From contig CP091724.1 in NCBI GenBank assembly GCA_022009795.1, positions 1,925,494 through 1,989,493 on the forward strand: a stretch of 64,000 bases of DNA. Direction: 5' to 3'. Position numbers and translations under genes: made by a program. Positions 1 to 11,977 of this stretch are shown here, piece after piece. Position 1 is the stretch's first letter. Every line of letters starts with the position of its first letter. Source of the DNA: Anaerotruncus sp. Lineage in GTDB: Bacteria; Bacillota; Clostridia; Oscillospirales; Acutalibacteraceae. The notes beneath the pieces were generated by a model. That model was given only the letters and a program-made list of their open reading frames with translations, had not been told where the DNA came from and made no database searches.

Positions 1-313
1 CATTTCCGGAAATGAGGTAGGTGTTTTCCGAGCCGCACAGCGGGCAAATTTTGCCGTGCTTCACCGTTTCATAGGTGCCTTTGCAATCCTCGCAAAAGGT
101 TACGGCGGGAATAACCTCGATTTGCAGCCTTGCGCCGCTCATCAATTCATTTTTAGCGCACGCCCAATTCCAGCAATCATCAAGATAATTGTGCAGCACG
201 CCCGAAACCTCGCCGAGCTCTATTGTGACTGCATTCACCTTTTTTAATTGATTTTCTGCGGCAACGCCTTCAATGCTTTTTATAATGTGAAAAACTATTC
301 CCAATTCGTGCAT
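1..313 (-). CDS. hypA: Nickel metallochaperone HypA (3' end outside window)
   Basis: Manual translation MHELGIVFHIIKSIE...CEDC...CPLCGS: MHE Ni motif plus two CxxC; probable internal indel. Confidence 0.9.
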   Translation of the reverse strand, partial: MHELGIVFHIIKSIEGVAAENQLKKVNAVTIELGEVSGVLHNYLDDCWNWACAKNELMSGARLQIEVIPAVTFCEDCKGTYETVKHGKICPLCGSENTYLISGN

Positions 314-315
314 TA

Positions 316-3151
316 TTATTTTCCTTTGTTTGCACGCTTGATTTTGATGTTTCGCTTAATCATATACGGCAAAATTGCTTTCATCTTATCATCCGAATTA
401 ACCATGTTGCTGCATTCCGGGTGATCGCGGTGAAGCTTAATCGCGTCAAATTCACACTTTGTGGTGCATATTCCGCAGCCGATGCATTTGTTTTCATCAA
501 CAACCGAAGCGCCGCAGCCGAGGCAACGCGCGGTTTCGATTTTAACCTGAGCCTCCGTGAGCGGCTTATGTGCGTCGCGGAAAGACTTTTTGCGGTCTAT
601 GCTGCCGTCCGTTCCCGGGATTTGGCGGGATGAATTATCGTAGCTTTCAATTTTGATGTCGTTTTTATCAAGCTCAATAAAGTCGCGTCTGTTTCTGCCG
701 ATGGTAAGGCTTGCATTGTAATGAACAAAGCGGTGAATTGATTCTGCTCCCTCCTTGCCTGCGGCAATTGCGTCAATTGCAAATTTGTGCCCTGTGTAAA
801 CATCTCCGCCAACGAAGATATCCTCCTGAGCGGTTTGATAAGTGAGCTTATCGGCAACGGGGCCGTTTCCTCTGCCCAGCTCAACCTTTTCGTTTTTTTA
901 AGCATATCGCCCCAAAGAATGCTTTGGCCGATGGAAAGATAAATATCGTCGCATTCAAGCTGCATTGTGTCGTTATCGTCATACTGCGGATTGAATCTGC
1001 CGTTTTCATCCTTAACGGAGGTGCATTTTTTAAGAATGACGCCGCAAACCTTGCCGGAATCGGTGAGAATTTCTTTTAATCCCCATCCGTTGTTTATTGT
1101 TATGCCCTCGTCCTCCGTTTCAAACACTTCTTCATCGGAAGCGGGCATTTCTTCTCTGCTTTCAAGGCAATACATGCCGATAATATCGGCACCGCAGCGC
1201 TTTGATGAGCGCGCAACATCAACCGCAACATTGCCGCCGCCGATAACAACGGTTTTTCTGCCGGAAAGGTCAAGCTCGTGGTTTTCGGCTATCTTGTGCA
1301 GAATATCAACCGCACTCATAACGCCCTCGGCATCCTCACCCGAAACGCCTGCCTTGCGGCTTCCTTGGCAGCCGATTGCAATGTAAAATGCTTCGTAGCC
1401 CTGAGCACGAAGCTCGTCAAGAGTGATGTCCTTGCCAACCTCGACTCCGCATTTGATTTCAACACCGAGTGCGCGGATAACATCGATTTCCGCTTCAACA
1501 ACATCTTTCTCAAGCTTGTAAGACGGAATTCCATATGTAAGCATACCGCCGGGTTTTTCGTTTTTTTCAAAAACGGTGGGTCTGTAACCGGTTACCGCAA
1601 GATAATATGCGCATGAAAGCCCTGCGGGGCCGCCGCCTATTATTGCGATTTTGTTGTTGAATTCTCCTCTGTTTGAGGGAATAACTTTTTTAGGAATATA
1701 TCTTGTTGCAGAATCAAGATCCTGCTGTGCTATAAAGCGCTTAACCTCGTCAATTGCAACTGCCTCGTCAATTGTGCCTCTTGTGCATGCATCCTCACAG
1801 CGCCTGTTGCAAACTCGGCCGCAAACGGCAGGGAAGGGGTTTTCTTTTTTTATAAGAGCAAGCGCATCTGTGTATCTGCCCTGAGCTGCCATTTTAAGAT
1901 AGCCCTGAACGGCAATGTGCGCCGGGCAGGCGGTTTTGCAGGGCGCCGTGCCGGTGTCGTAGCAATTGATTCTGTTTTTATCTCTGTAATCCGGGCTCCA
2001 TTTTTCCTTGCCCCATTTAACCGCATCCGGAAGCTCCTGCTTGGGATAAGTTACCTCTGAGCCGTCTTTCTTGCAAAGCTTTTGGCCAAGCTTAACGGCG
2101 CCTGCCGGGCAATATTCAACGCATCTGCCGCAGGCAACGCAATCCTTTGCCTCAACCCTTGCCACATATGCCGAACGGCTCATATTCGGCGTGTTGAAAA
2201 GCTGCGATGTGCGAAGCGCGTTGCAAACCTTAACCTGGCAGTTGCAGATTGCGAAAATTTTGTTTTCGCCGTCTATATTCGTAATTTGGTGCACAAAGCC
2301 GTTGTCTTCTGCTCTTTGCAGAATTTCCATAACCTGCTCGCGGGTGATGTAGTGCCCCTTGTTTGTTTCAACAAGGTAATCCGCCATATCGCCAACGCCG
2401 ATGCACCAATCCTCGGGATCATCGGCACAGCCCTCGCCCAAAACAGAGCGTGAATAGCGGCAAGAGCACGGGCCTGCGGCATATTTGCCGTCATATTTAT
2501 CAAGCCAGTGAGAAATGTGCTCAATCGGCACGGATTTGTTTTCCATATCTATGGCTTTTTCAACGGGAATAACATGCATTCCTATTCCCGCGCCTCCGGG
2601 AGGCACCATCGGCGTTATCTTTTCAAGCGGAAGCTGAGTCATTCTTTCAAAAAAAGCTTGCCACTTCGGGGTGCTCGCAGATGTTTTTCCCATTTCATAT
2701 TAAAGAATTCGGCACTGCCGGGCACAAACATAGGCAGCACATATTGCTTTTCGTGCAGGGGGTTTTCCCAATTGTATTCAATCAGGCCGATTTGCGCCAT
2801 ATCGTCAAGAATTTTTGCAAGGTAAGCTTCGTCCTTGCCCGTGGCTTTAATCATTTGGGGCATAGTCATGCCCTTATGCACTTTCATTTTAAGCGCAACC
2901 TCTGCCATTTCATCCGTTACCATGGCGGCAAGTCCCCAATATTCGGGGTCATTTACCGTCAATTTTTTCGCCCACTTTGGGCATCCACGGCATTTTTATA
3001 AAGCACGCGGTCCGTAATCTTTGTGCCCATCTTTATGATAAGCTCCCTCGGCGGCTCGTTGCTGTGATTTTTCATAATAATGCATAACGCGCTCCGCGCT
3101 CGGATACGATTTGCCCTCGGGCTTCATTTTGTCAAATTTATATTCATACAT
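316..3151 (-). CDS. Large FAD/NAD(P)-dependent 4Fe-4S oxidoreductase (GltD/PreT-like core plus ferredoxin domains), frameshifted
   Basis: ORFs 2639-2962 and 597-2693 plus flanks; CxxCxxCxxxCP, CKTACP, GGGPAG, GGGNVAVD motifs; SD GAGGGAG upstream of ATG 3151. Confidence 0.85.
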
Positions 3152-3178
3152 AAAACACACTCTCCCTCGCTTTATGCC

Positions 3179-3853
3179 TTATTTTTGCCACTCGTGAACT
3201 TCGTTAAGCAGCCAGTTTGCCCATTCGTCTATGCCCTCGCCCGTTTTTGCGCAGATGAGGAAAACCTTTGCGTTCGGATTTCTTTTCTTAATATATTCCC
3301 TGCATTTTTCAACGTCAAAATCAAAATATGGAAGCACATCGATTTTGTTTATCAGCACAACATCGCAAATTGAAAACATAAGCGGGTATTTAAGCGGCTT
3401 GTCGTCGCCCTCGGGCACGGAAAGAATCATTGCGTTTTTAACTGCTCCCGTGTCAAATTCCGCCGGGCACACAAGATTGCCCACATTTTCAAGAATTGCA
3501 AGCTCAACATCGTCTGTGTTAAGCCCTTCAAGGCCCTGCCTTGTCATTTCCGCATCAAGGTGGCACATTCCGCCGGTGTGAAGCTGAATTGATTTAACTC
3601 CCGTTTCGGCAATCTTTTTAGCGTCCACATCGCTGTCTATATCGGCCTCCATAACGCCGATTTTAACCTTATCTTTAAGCGCGCCTATTGTGGCTTTTAA
3701 GGTGGTGGTTTTGCCCGAGCCCGGAGAGGACATCAAATTCAGCAAAAAAACACCCCTCTTTCCTTTAAGCTTTTGCGAAGCGCAGCGGCTTCGTCATCGT
3801 TGTTTTTTTAAATACGCTTTGCTTAATTTCAAGAATTTTTTTACTTCATCCAT
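3179..3853 (-). CDS. hypB: Nickel incorporation GTPase HypB
   Basis: SSPGSGKT, GGMCHLDA, ENVGNLVCPA, DKPLKYP, NKID; N-terminus frameshifted. Confidence 0.95.
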
Positions 3854-4013
3854 TTCGCACTTCTCCATAATTGTTTTATCGTTTTCCATTCTACAATGTG
3901 TGTGAATAAATTGTCAATATGATATTAATGGATTTTACAATTTTGTTAGATTTGTAAATAATTGTGTGAATTTTTTTGTTACGATATTCGGTTTTTTTAT
4001 CATTTTTTTAACA

Positions 4014-4042
4014 TTGACAATCATTTGTCATTCGGTTAATAT
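4014..4042 (+). promoter_or_regulatory. Sigma-A promoter with palindromic operator over the -35
   Basis: TTGACA 4014-4019; palindrome TGACAA-tcat-TTGTCA 4015-4030; TAATAT-like -10. Confidence 0.55.
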
Positions 4043-4111
4043 ATAAGCGAATATACATTGCTTGAGCCGCGCAGTTTGATTGCCCGGCATTATTTTAAGG
4101 AGGATTTTGTT

Positions 4112-4532
4112 ATGGCATGTTTTCTTGTTCCCGCAGCAGAGGCGATTATAGTTTCCGCAGCTGTGAAAATATCAGAAAAAAATGAAAAAGCCAAATACAG
4201 CTTGCCTGAGGGTGCTGTTAAGCATACGGAAACAGCAGGGGATTCTCATAAGCTTCCTTTTTTTCCAAAAAGCTTTCTTGGCTCAGAAATTTGCTTTTGG
4301 GGCGACACGATTTTTGCTTGTGTTCGAGCATTTGTGGCACGGTGAAATTTCGCCGTTTTTCCCATTTTTAACGGCGGCGTCAAATCCGCAGGATACGGCC
4401 GTGATGCTGCATGAATTGGCAACCGTCGGCGTTTCAATGACGGTGGCGGTAACCGCAATTTGGGGCGTAATGCTTTTGGCGGCAAAAATCAAGGAATCAA
4501 AAATCGAAAAAGCCGAAAGGGTTAAGGAATAA
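4112..4532 (+). CDS. Small membrane protein (MACFLVPAAEA...), frameshifted
   Basis: AAGGAGG SD; hydrophobic segments; EHLWHGE motif. Confidence 0.75.
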
Positions 4533-4870
4533 TGACTTTGCTTATATCAACCGCGGCAGCAATTGCGGCAACCCTTGTGTGGTATTTTTGCAAAAGGCGA
4601 TCCGAATTTAAGCTTTCGCTTCTTTGTTTCATGTTTTGGGGCGCTTCGATAATGTGGCTTGTGGATGCGGTTTTTGAATATGTGAGCGATGGCGCTGTAA
4701 TATTTACCCCTGCGGCTTCGGATATGCTTAACGATGCATTTCTCGGCGCGGCGGTTGTGATTTTTGGCGCTTGTTATTTGGCTTGCGGCACTTTTGATAA
4801 AAGACCCAAACGGCGTTCTCACCGATTTGTTTAAAAACAAAAGCGGCAATGCCGATAATAAAAAAATGAT
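4532..4870 (+). CDS. Small multi-TM membrane protein
   Basis: TAATG coupling to the previous gene; hydrophobic helices; end approximate. Confidence 0.7.
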
Positions 4871-4902
4871 AAATAATTATTAAATATAGAGTAAATAAGA
4901 AT

Positions 4903-4937
4903 GCAGGGCACGATAATCCGTTGCCCTGCGTTTTTTT
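4903..4937 (+). terminator. Intrinsic terminator
   Basis: GCAGGGCA...TGCCCTGC hairpin followed by T7. Confidence 0.7.
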
Positions 4938-5143
4938 AATGTGCAATGATTTATATTTGCCAAACAGGATATTCATGAGGCTGTATTGCGCGTTAAAACA
5001 TCTTTGAGCATAATCCGATTGTGGTTTTGCGGCAGATTTGATATAATATAGAAAATTACGATGAGCGGGCGATAAATGCGTGCGCGATTTGCCTGCACGG
5101 ATATGCAAACGCAATTTTAAAATAAAGAAAGCGAGTCGGTGAT

Positions 5144-6155
5144 ATGCCGCTTCAAATAATACGAAACGATATAACAAAAATCAAATGTGATGCCGTTGTG
5201 AATGCGGCCAATTCCTCTTTGCTCGGCGGCGGAGGGGTGGACGGAGCAATTCACAAAGCCGCAGGCAGGCAATTATTGCGCGAATGCAAAACGCTCGGCG
5301 GGTGCGAAACGGGCAAAGCAAAAATTACAAAGGGATATGATTTGCCCTGTAAATATGTTATTCACACTGTGGGGCCGATTTGGCGCGGTGGCGATTTCGG
5401 TGAGCGCGCTTTGCTTGAATCCTGCTACCGCGAATCGCTTAATCTTGCGCTGGAGCATGGGTGTGAGTCCGTGGCGTTTCCGCTTATTTCTTCGGGTGCT
5501 TACGGCTATCCCAAAGAGCAGGCATTGCAGATTGCCGTGAATGAAATCGGCAAATTTTTGCTTTCGCACGATATGCTTGCGTATATTGCGGTGTTTGATA
5601 AGGCAAGTTTTAAGCTCAGCCGCAGGCTTGTTTGCGATATTGAGGAATATATAGATGAAAAATTATGTGGATTTGAATTTTGAAGCACGAAGCCGCGCCC
5701 TTTATGCGCCGATGTGCGCTTCGGAAGCCCTTTTGCCGAAAGAGGATTTTGCGGACGCAGCAACTTCTTTTTGCACTCCTGCCGAAAGCCTCGGCAGTGC
5801 CCTTGAAAATCTTGACGAAAGCTTTTCGCAAATGCTGTTCAGAAAAATAGATGAAAAAGGGGCTTACGGATTCGCAGGCTTATAAAAAGGCAAATGTGGA
5901 TCGCAGGTTGTTTTCAAAAATTCGCTCGGATGCGAACTATAAACCGAGCAAGCCCACCGCCATTGCCTTTGCGATTGCTCTGGAGCTGAGCCTTGAGGAA
6001 ACAAACGATTTCTTAATGAAAGCGGGCTTTGTACTTTCGCGCAGCAATAAATTTGATGTGATAATCGAATATTTCATCAAACACGGCAATTATAATATTT
6101 TTTTGAAATCAATGAGGCACTGTTTGAATTCGATCAGCAGCTTCTCGGCGCATAG
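5144..6155 (+). CDS. Macro-domain (O-acetyl-ADP-ribose deacetylase-like) protein fused to a C-terminal HTH-like domain, frameshifted
   Basis: [36 protein letters not shown]; continues through 5655-5885 and 5851- frames ([15 protein letters not shown]). Confidence 0.85.
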
Positions 6156-6180
6156 CGCCCGAAAACGGCAGGAAAATACA

Positions 6181-6937
6181 ATGAACTTTAATGATAATCA
6201 AAGCGAAAACGCATTGCAGCTTCGCGGTAAAAAAATTTCGATTTTCGGCGATTCGATAAGCACGCTTATAGGCTATAACCCTAAGGGATACAACTTGTTT
6301 TTCACGGGCGGAACCTGCCAAAAGGCGGGCGTGCGCACGGCAGAGGATACCTGGTGGGGAAAGGTGATCGGCTCTTTGGGCGGCGAACTGCTGGTTAATA
6401 ATTCCTGGTCGGGCAGCTGCGTAACGAAATTGCCGAATAGGGAAGGGCTTTTCCCCTCCGGCTGCAGTGACGAAAGAACAAGCGCCCTTCACAGCGGTCT
6501 GCAAATGCCGGAGATTATTATTGTTTATCTCGGCACAAATGATTGGGCAAACGGCGTTTTGCCGCGGTACGGCGGCGAATTTGCCCGCGGTGAGGTCGAT
6601 TGGGAGTTCGTTTTTGAAGCGGCTTATTGCGAAATGCTTAAAAAGCTGAAACATAATTATCCCGCGGTGCAAATATTTTTGCTGCACGCTTTGCGCGGCT
6701 TATATGTCGCAAAAATCCCGAATTTGTTTTTTTAACGAAAATGCGGGCGGAATAAATATAAAAGAGTATAATGCCGCAATTTGCAGAGCGGCAGAAAACC
6801 AAAATTGCAGGCCGATTGATTTGTATAAATATGCCGTGCCGTATGATTCGATTGACGGCACACACCCCAATAAAGGCGGAATGAGCACCTTGGCGGATCT
6901 TATTCTGCGCGAAATGCTCGGCGAAAACAATGCGTGA
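6181..6937 (+). CDS. SGNH/GDSL hydrolase, frameshifted
   Basis: GDSIST, LGTND, DGTHPN blocks. Confidence 0.85.
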
Positions 6938-7229
6938 TTGAGGATGCGGAAGGATTTGCCTTTAAAATATTGTCGCCCGGCAGGCGACCAAACACTGCCT
7001 TTCGGAAATTATAATGTGGTTGTAAGGTTTAAAAACCCCGCAACCGCATTATTTTTTTAGGATGTAAACAGTGTGAAAAATCACACTGTCAAATTATATT
7101 GCCTTCAAAATTTGCCTGCGGCATAATTTGAACCGGCTGAAATCACCATTTACGCCTGCTCAGGCAACGCAGGTCAATCAGGTGATTTTTAATAAACTAT
7201 TTGTTGCCTGAAAGGTTATGGTGATTAAA

Positions 7230-7885
7230 ATGAAAAAGGCAGAAAAACAATATCACGGAGCTTGTGTTTATTTTTGGACCGCAGCGGCTCGATGTCGGGC
7301 CTTGAGGGCGACACAATCGGTGGCTTTAATTCGCTGATAAAAAAAAGCAGAAAAAAAGCAGCCGGGCGAATGCTTTGTTTCAACAGTTTTTGTTTGATAA
7401 CGAAAGCACGGTTTTTGCACGACAGGGTTGAGCTTTCGCAGGTGCGCAAAATGACCCGCGAGGATTATGTTCCCTGCGGCTCAACCGCGCTGATAGACGC
7501 CATCGGCGGCGCAATTCACCACATTGCAAATATTCATAAATATGCCCGCCGGGAGGATGTGCCTTGCCGCACAATGTTTGTGATTATAACGGACGGCTAT
7601 GAAAATTCAAGCCATATTTATTCGAGCGACAGGGTTAAGGCCATGATTGAAAAAAAGAAAAAAAGAGAAAAATACGGCTGGGAATTTCTTTTTATCGGCG
7701 CAAATATAGACGCTGTTGAAACCGCAAAGCACTTCGGAATAAGCGAGGATCGCGCCGTTGATTATTGCGCGGACGGGCAGGGCACCGCCGTGGTTTACGA
7801 CGCGGTTGCCGACACGGTTTGCGAGATGCGCGCCGCAATGCCGATATGCAATGATTGGAGCAAAAAAATAAAAAAAGATTTTTAA
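7230..7885 (+). CDS. vWA (MIDAS) domain protein
   Basis: LDRSGSM, GSTALIDA, IITDGYENSS; indels near the N-terminus. Confidence 0.85.
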
Positions 7886-8014
7886 GTGGCGCACTAAGTA
7901 AAAAAATTAAGCCGTATTTTTTTACGAGGCTGTGACAAAGGGCAGAAAAAAATTTGCCGCCGGCGGCCACTGCTTCAGCAGGCGCGGCGCTGAAACGAAA
8001 ATATATAAAAGCAT

Positions 8015-8065
8015 AATAAAAACGGCGGAGCGGGATTATACCCAAAGCTTCGCCGTTTTATTTTA
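8015..8065. terminator. Bidirectional intrinsic terminator between convergent genes
   Basis: AATAAAAACGGCGGAGC...GCTTCGCCGTTTTATT hairpin. Confidence 0.6.
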
Positions 8066-8203
8066 TCGTTTATTGACTTTTAAAAAAAGCCGATTCAATT
8101 TGCACCGGGATTTATTTATATGTTTTAAATGCTTTTCGGGGCACAGACTGTTTTTTTGCCGCGCTTAACGCTTTTTACATATGAATGTGTTTTTTGCGGC
8201 GAT

Positions 8204-10666
8204 TTAATCCGCGGCTTGTTCGCTTTTCAGCTTGCCTGCGGGGATTTTAACCGTGGCTTTAAACAAATCGCCGTCTATCACTATTTCAAGGCTTCCGCCG
8301 TGCAGACGGCAAAGGTCCGAAGCAATTGAAAGCCCAAGGCCGTGACCGTCCGTCTTTCTGGATTTATCGCCGCGCACAAAGCGCTCGGTTAATTCGGCGG
8401 CGGAAATGTTAAGCGCTTCCTTTGAAATGTTTTTAATTTCAAAGCAGCCGAAATCGTTTTCGGTGTAAACGCGGGTGTAAACGCGCGAGCCGGGCGCGGA
8501 ATATTTTCTTGCGTTTGAAAGCAGATTTTCAAGCACGCGGTAAAGCTTTGCGCCGTCTGCCGAAACAATGTTTTTGCGCGCGGGCTCTTCAAACACCAAT
8601 TGCAAATTCGCTTTTTCAAAGCCCGTGGTTTCCTCCACGATTGCCTGTGTTGCAAGCTCGTTTAAATCCAGCAGGGTTTTATTCAGCACAATGTTGCCGG
8701 AGGAAACTTTTGACGCTTCTATCAAATCCTCAATCAGCTTTTTAAGCCTGTTTGCCTTATCGGCAATAACCGCCATGTATTTTTTTGCGCGGCTTCATCC
8801 TTGATATCGCATTTTTTTGCAGCAAATCAATATAGTTGATAACGGAGGTGAGCGGCGTTTTTTTAAATCGTGGGAAACATTTGTGATAAGCTCGGTTTTG
8901 GTGCGTTCGTCCTTAACCGCCTTGATAACGGCACTCTGCAGTGCGCAGCTTTGCTTATCAAGAGAATCGGCGAGGATTTTAAGACTTTGCGGCAGGCTTT
9001 GCAAATCCACTTCAACCGGTGCGCCGGCCGTGGCGCAGGCAATGATTTTATCAAGCTCGCCCATGTATTTTGAAGCCTTGTATGCGCCGTAAATATCCGC
9101 TGCCAAAAGGCATGCCGTTAAAATCAGCGCAAGGAATATAAAAATTCCTCTGTTGAGCGCAAATAAAACCGCAATCAGCGCAATGCCGAAAAGGTTTAAA
9201 ACAACAAAGCCCGTTATTAAAAGAATTGTGTTTTTTTTCATTTCCTGCGGCTTATATGCAAATGCGGAAATCACCTTTATGTTTCGTTTTGTGATGCGCT
9301 TTATAAAATTGCCGAATTTGTAAATCAGCGTGCTTTTCCATATATTTATGCCGCTTTTTGCCATGCGAGCATATGATGTGAAAAGCTCAAGCAGTGGCAA
9401 ATAAATCACAATGCCCGCCAAATATAAAAATCCGTAGTTCGATGATATAAGCCTGAAAATCTTATAAAGATTGTTTACAGAACCGTAAAAAACACCCGAG
9501 CCGACGGATATTATCAGCCAAAAAGCAAGCGCTTCAATCGCCGCTGCAAAGGCAAAATGCAGGTCGGCGGGAATTTTATCCGTAAATGCGGTTTCGGCTT
9601 CGGCCTTGGTCTTGCTCGGCGATTTGCGACCCGCAAGCCTGATTGATATAACAAAGAATATTATGCAGGCAGCCGCGCTTGCGGCAAAGTAATAAACGCA
9701 ATAATCGCCGGTGTGGTTTGTTGCCGCTTCTATGGCGTTATTAAGCGTGCCGTATGTATCGTCGGCGGAAAAGGAGGTGTCTATCTGTGCATAAAGCTTA
9801 ACCTTTGAAAGAGTTTGATCGTAGCCGCTGTAGCCGTAGATTGAAAGCGATGAATCGGATGAAACATCCAAGATATCGGATTCTGCTTTGCCGTTTTCGA
9901 TAATATAATAATCATTAACGGCGCGGTTCTCCATATTGCTCAAAAAAGCCTGCGGATCCGCAATGTTTGAGGCAACGGAGCCGTCATCATAAACGGCATA
10001 ATATTGAATGTTTTTCAGCGCAAGCGAATCCGACTCGCCTGCTTCGTTTGTGTCGTTGCAATAATATCGGTAAAAAAATTGTTGCCGAATTTTTCTTGCG
10101 ATTTGAGATTTTGCATTGTCGTCCGTCAGCCCGCTGCTCAGCGAAACGGAAAGCTCGCTTTCGGGCAATTCGCGTATGGGCAATTGAAAAAACACTTTGC
10201 CGTCTTCAAATCCGTAATCCGAAACGCCGTATTGCAAAAGGCTGATCCGAAGCTGTTCGTCGCTCGGAGCGGTAATCTGCGTCATGCTTTCACCGCCGCC
10301 TGAATCGCTTTGCAATGTTGTTGTGGTCTCCGTGGTTGCGGTTTTCGCATAGGCGGTTAGGATTTTGTAAACCTCAAGCCCGCGCTGAGCGGCGGAAGCC
10401 TTTGCGGCATCATATGTTGCCTGATTTTCATTGTGGCTCACATCGTCTATTATCTTTTGAATATCGCTTGCGAAATTTTCTTTAAATATGGTTGAATCCA
10501 CGGTTCTTGTGTTGTCGCCCGCGAGCGCCTGCAAACCGAAAAGCTCAACCCTAACAAGCGCTCCGATTCCGTTGAAGCCGCATAAAGCCGCCATCAGGCA
10601 GCCTAATAATGCGCATAAAATTTTATTGAATTTGCTGAATTTAAATTTTGTCCACTTTGTATCCAA
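8204..10666 (-). CDS. Membrane sensor histidine kinase, frameshifted
   Basis: H-box ITNVSHDLK, N-box NLLSNARKY, G-box GHGLGLSIA; multiple TM helices. Confidence 0.9.
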
Positions 10667-11333
10667 GGCCGTACACCACCTTAATATATTTAGAGTCTTT
10701 TGGGTTTATTTCGATTTTTTCCCTTATGTTTTTGATATGCACGGTTACTGTTTTTTCCGTTCTGAAGGCAGGCTCGTTCCAAACCGCTTCATAGATTTGC
10801 GCTGATGAAAGCACACGCCCCATGTTTTTGCACAGGTATTCCAAAATCATATATTCCCTTGCCGTAAGCCGCACGGATTCGCCGTCCACGCTCACGGTTT
10901 TTGCTTCGGTGTCCACCACCAAGCCGCCCGTAACGATTTGTTCGGCCTTTTGCACAAAGCCGGAAAAGGAAACATATCTGCGAATCTGCGATTTAACTCT
11001 TGCCACAAGCTCAAGCGGGTTAAACGGCTTGGTAACATAATCATCCGCGCCAAAACCAAGGCCGGCGATTTTATCCGTGTCCTCCGATTTCGCGGAAAGC
11101 ATAATAATCGGAAAATTCTTTTTTTGCTCTCTTATTTTAAGCGTGGTTTGCAAGCCGTCTGTGCCGGGCATCATAATATCCAGCACAAGGCATTGGATTT
11201 CATTTTCGGCAATAACGTTAAGTGCCTGCTCGCCGCTTTCGGCTTTAAGCACATTAAATCCCTCTGCTTTAAGATAAATCTCAATTGATTCCAAAATTGC
11301 AATATCGTCGTCACACACAAGCACGGTTTCCAT
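10641..11333 (-). CDS. OmpR-family response regulator
   Basis: Receiver (CDDD, LDIMMP, GADDYVTKPF) plus winged helix (VTVHIKNIREKIE, GLGY). Confidence 0.95.
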   Translation of the reverse strand: METVLVCDDDIAILESIEIYLKAEGFNVLKAESGEQALNVIAENEIQCLVLDIMMPGTDGLQTTLKIREQKKNFPIIMLSAKSEDTDKIAGLGFGADDYVTKPFNPLELVARVKSQIRRYVSFSGFVQKAEQIVTGGLVVDTEAKTVSVDGESVRLTAREYMILEYLCKNMGRVLSSAQIYEAVWNEPAFRTEKTVTVHIKNIREKIEINPKDSKYIKVVYGLGYKVDKI

Positions 11334-11577
11334 GCCTTCACCTCCGTTTGATTTCTTAAACAGTATAGCATATGCCTTTGGGTTTAATCAATCCCCGAGA
11401 CCCTATGCCTTTATTAAACAGCAGTATAATAAATACGGGGTAACGGAAAAATAAACAATTATAAAGTTGGCACAAATAAGCGTTAAGGCTTCTTGTTATT
11501 GACACGGTCGTTGCCGCTGTGATAAAATAAAAACAGCCAAGCGTTGGAAAAAGCAAAAATCAAAAGCCGGTGAAAAA

Positions 11578-11925
11578 ATGGAAAAACATTATGCTCCCGC
11601 AAAAAAGAGCATTGTAAAGCACTTCGTTTGCTGTGCGGTGCTTGCGGCAGCTCTTTTGTTTATTTATCATTGCCCTTTTAAACTGCTTACCGGAATTGAT
11701 TGCCCGGGTTGCGGATTAACCCGTGCTTTTGCCTGCATGCTGCTGTGTGATCCAAAAGCGGCATTTTATTATAATCCCGTTGCACCTTTGCTTTTCGTTC
11801 AGCTTGCGGGGCTTCTTTATTTCCGGATTGTGGCAAAAAAGAAAGTTTTGCAGGGCGTAATAATCACTTTGGCGGCGGTTAATGCGGCGGCACTTCTTGC
11901 CGCGTGGCTCGTTAAAATTATTTAA
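11578..11925 (+). CDS. DUF2752-like membrane protein
   Basis: CPFKLLTGIDCPGCGLTRA motif. Confidence 0.8.
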   Translation: MEKHYAPAKKSIVKHFVCCAVLAAALLFIYHCPFKLLTGIDCPGCGLTRAFACMLLCDPKAAFYYNPVAPLLFVQLAGLLYFRIVAKKKVLQGVIITLAAVNAAALLAAWLVKII

Positions 11926-11977
11926 AGCAAAATCTGTGCCGCGCGTGCGGCGCTTTAATATGAAAGGTTATAAAATT

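Noticed and set aside
3895..3985. Rex-like TTGT...ACAA boxes upstream of hypB (also near 17538)
   Set aside because: Matches are too degenerate in AT-rich DNA to support.
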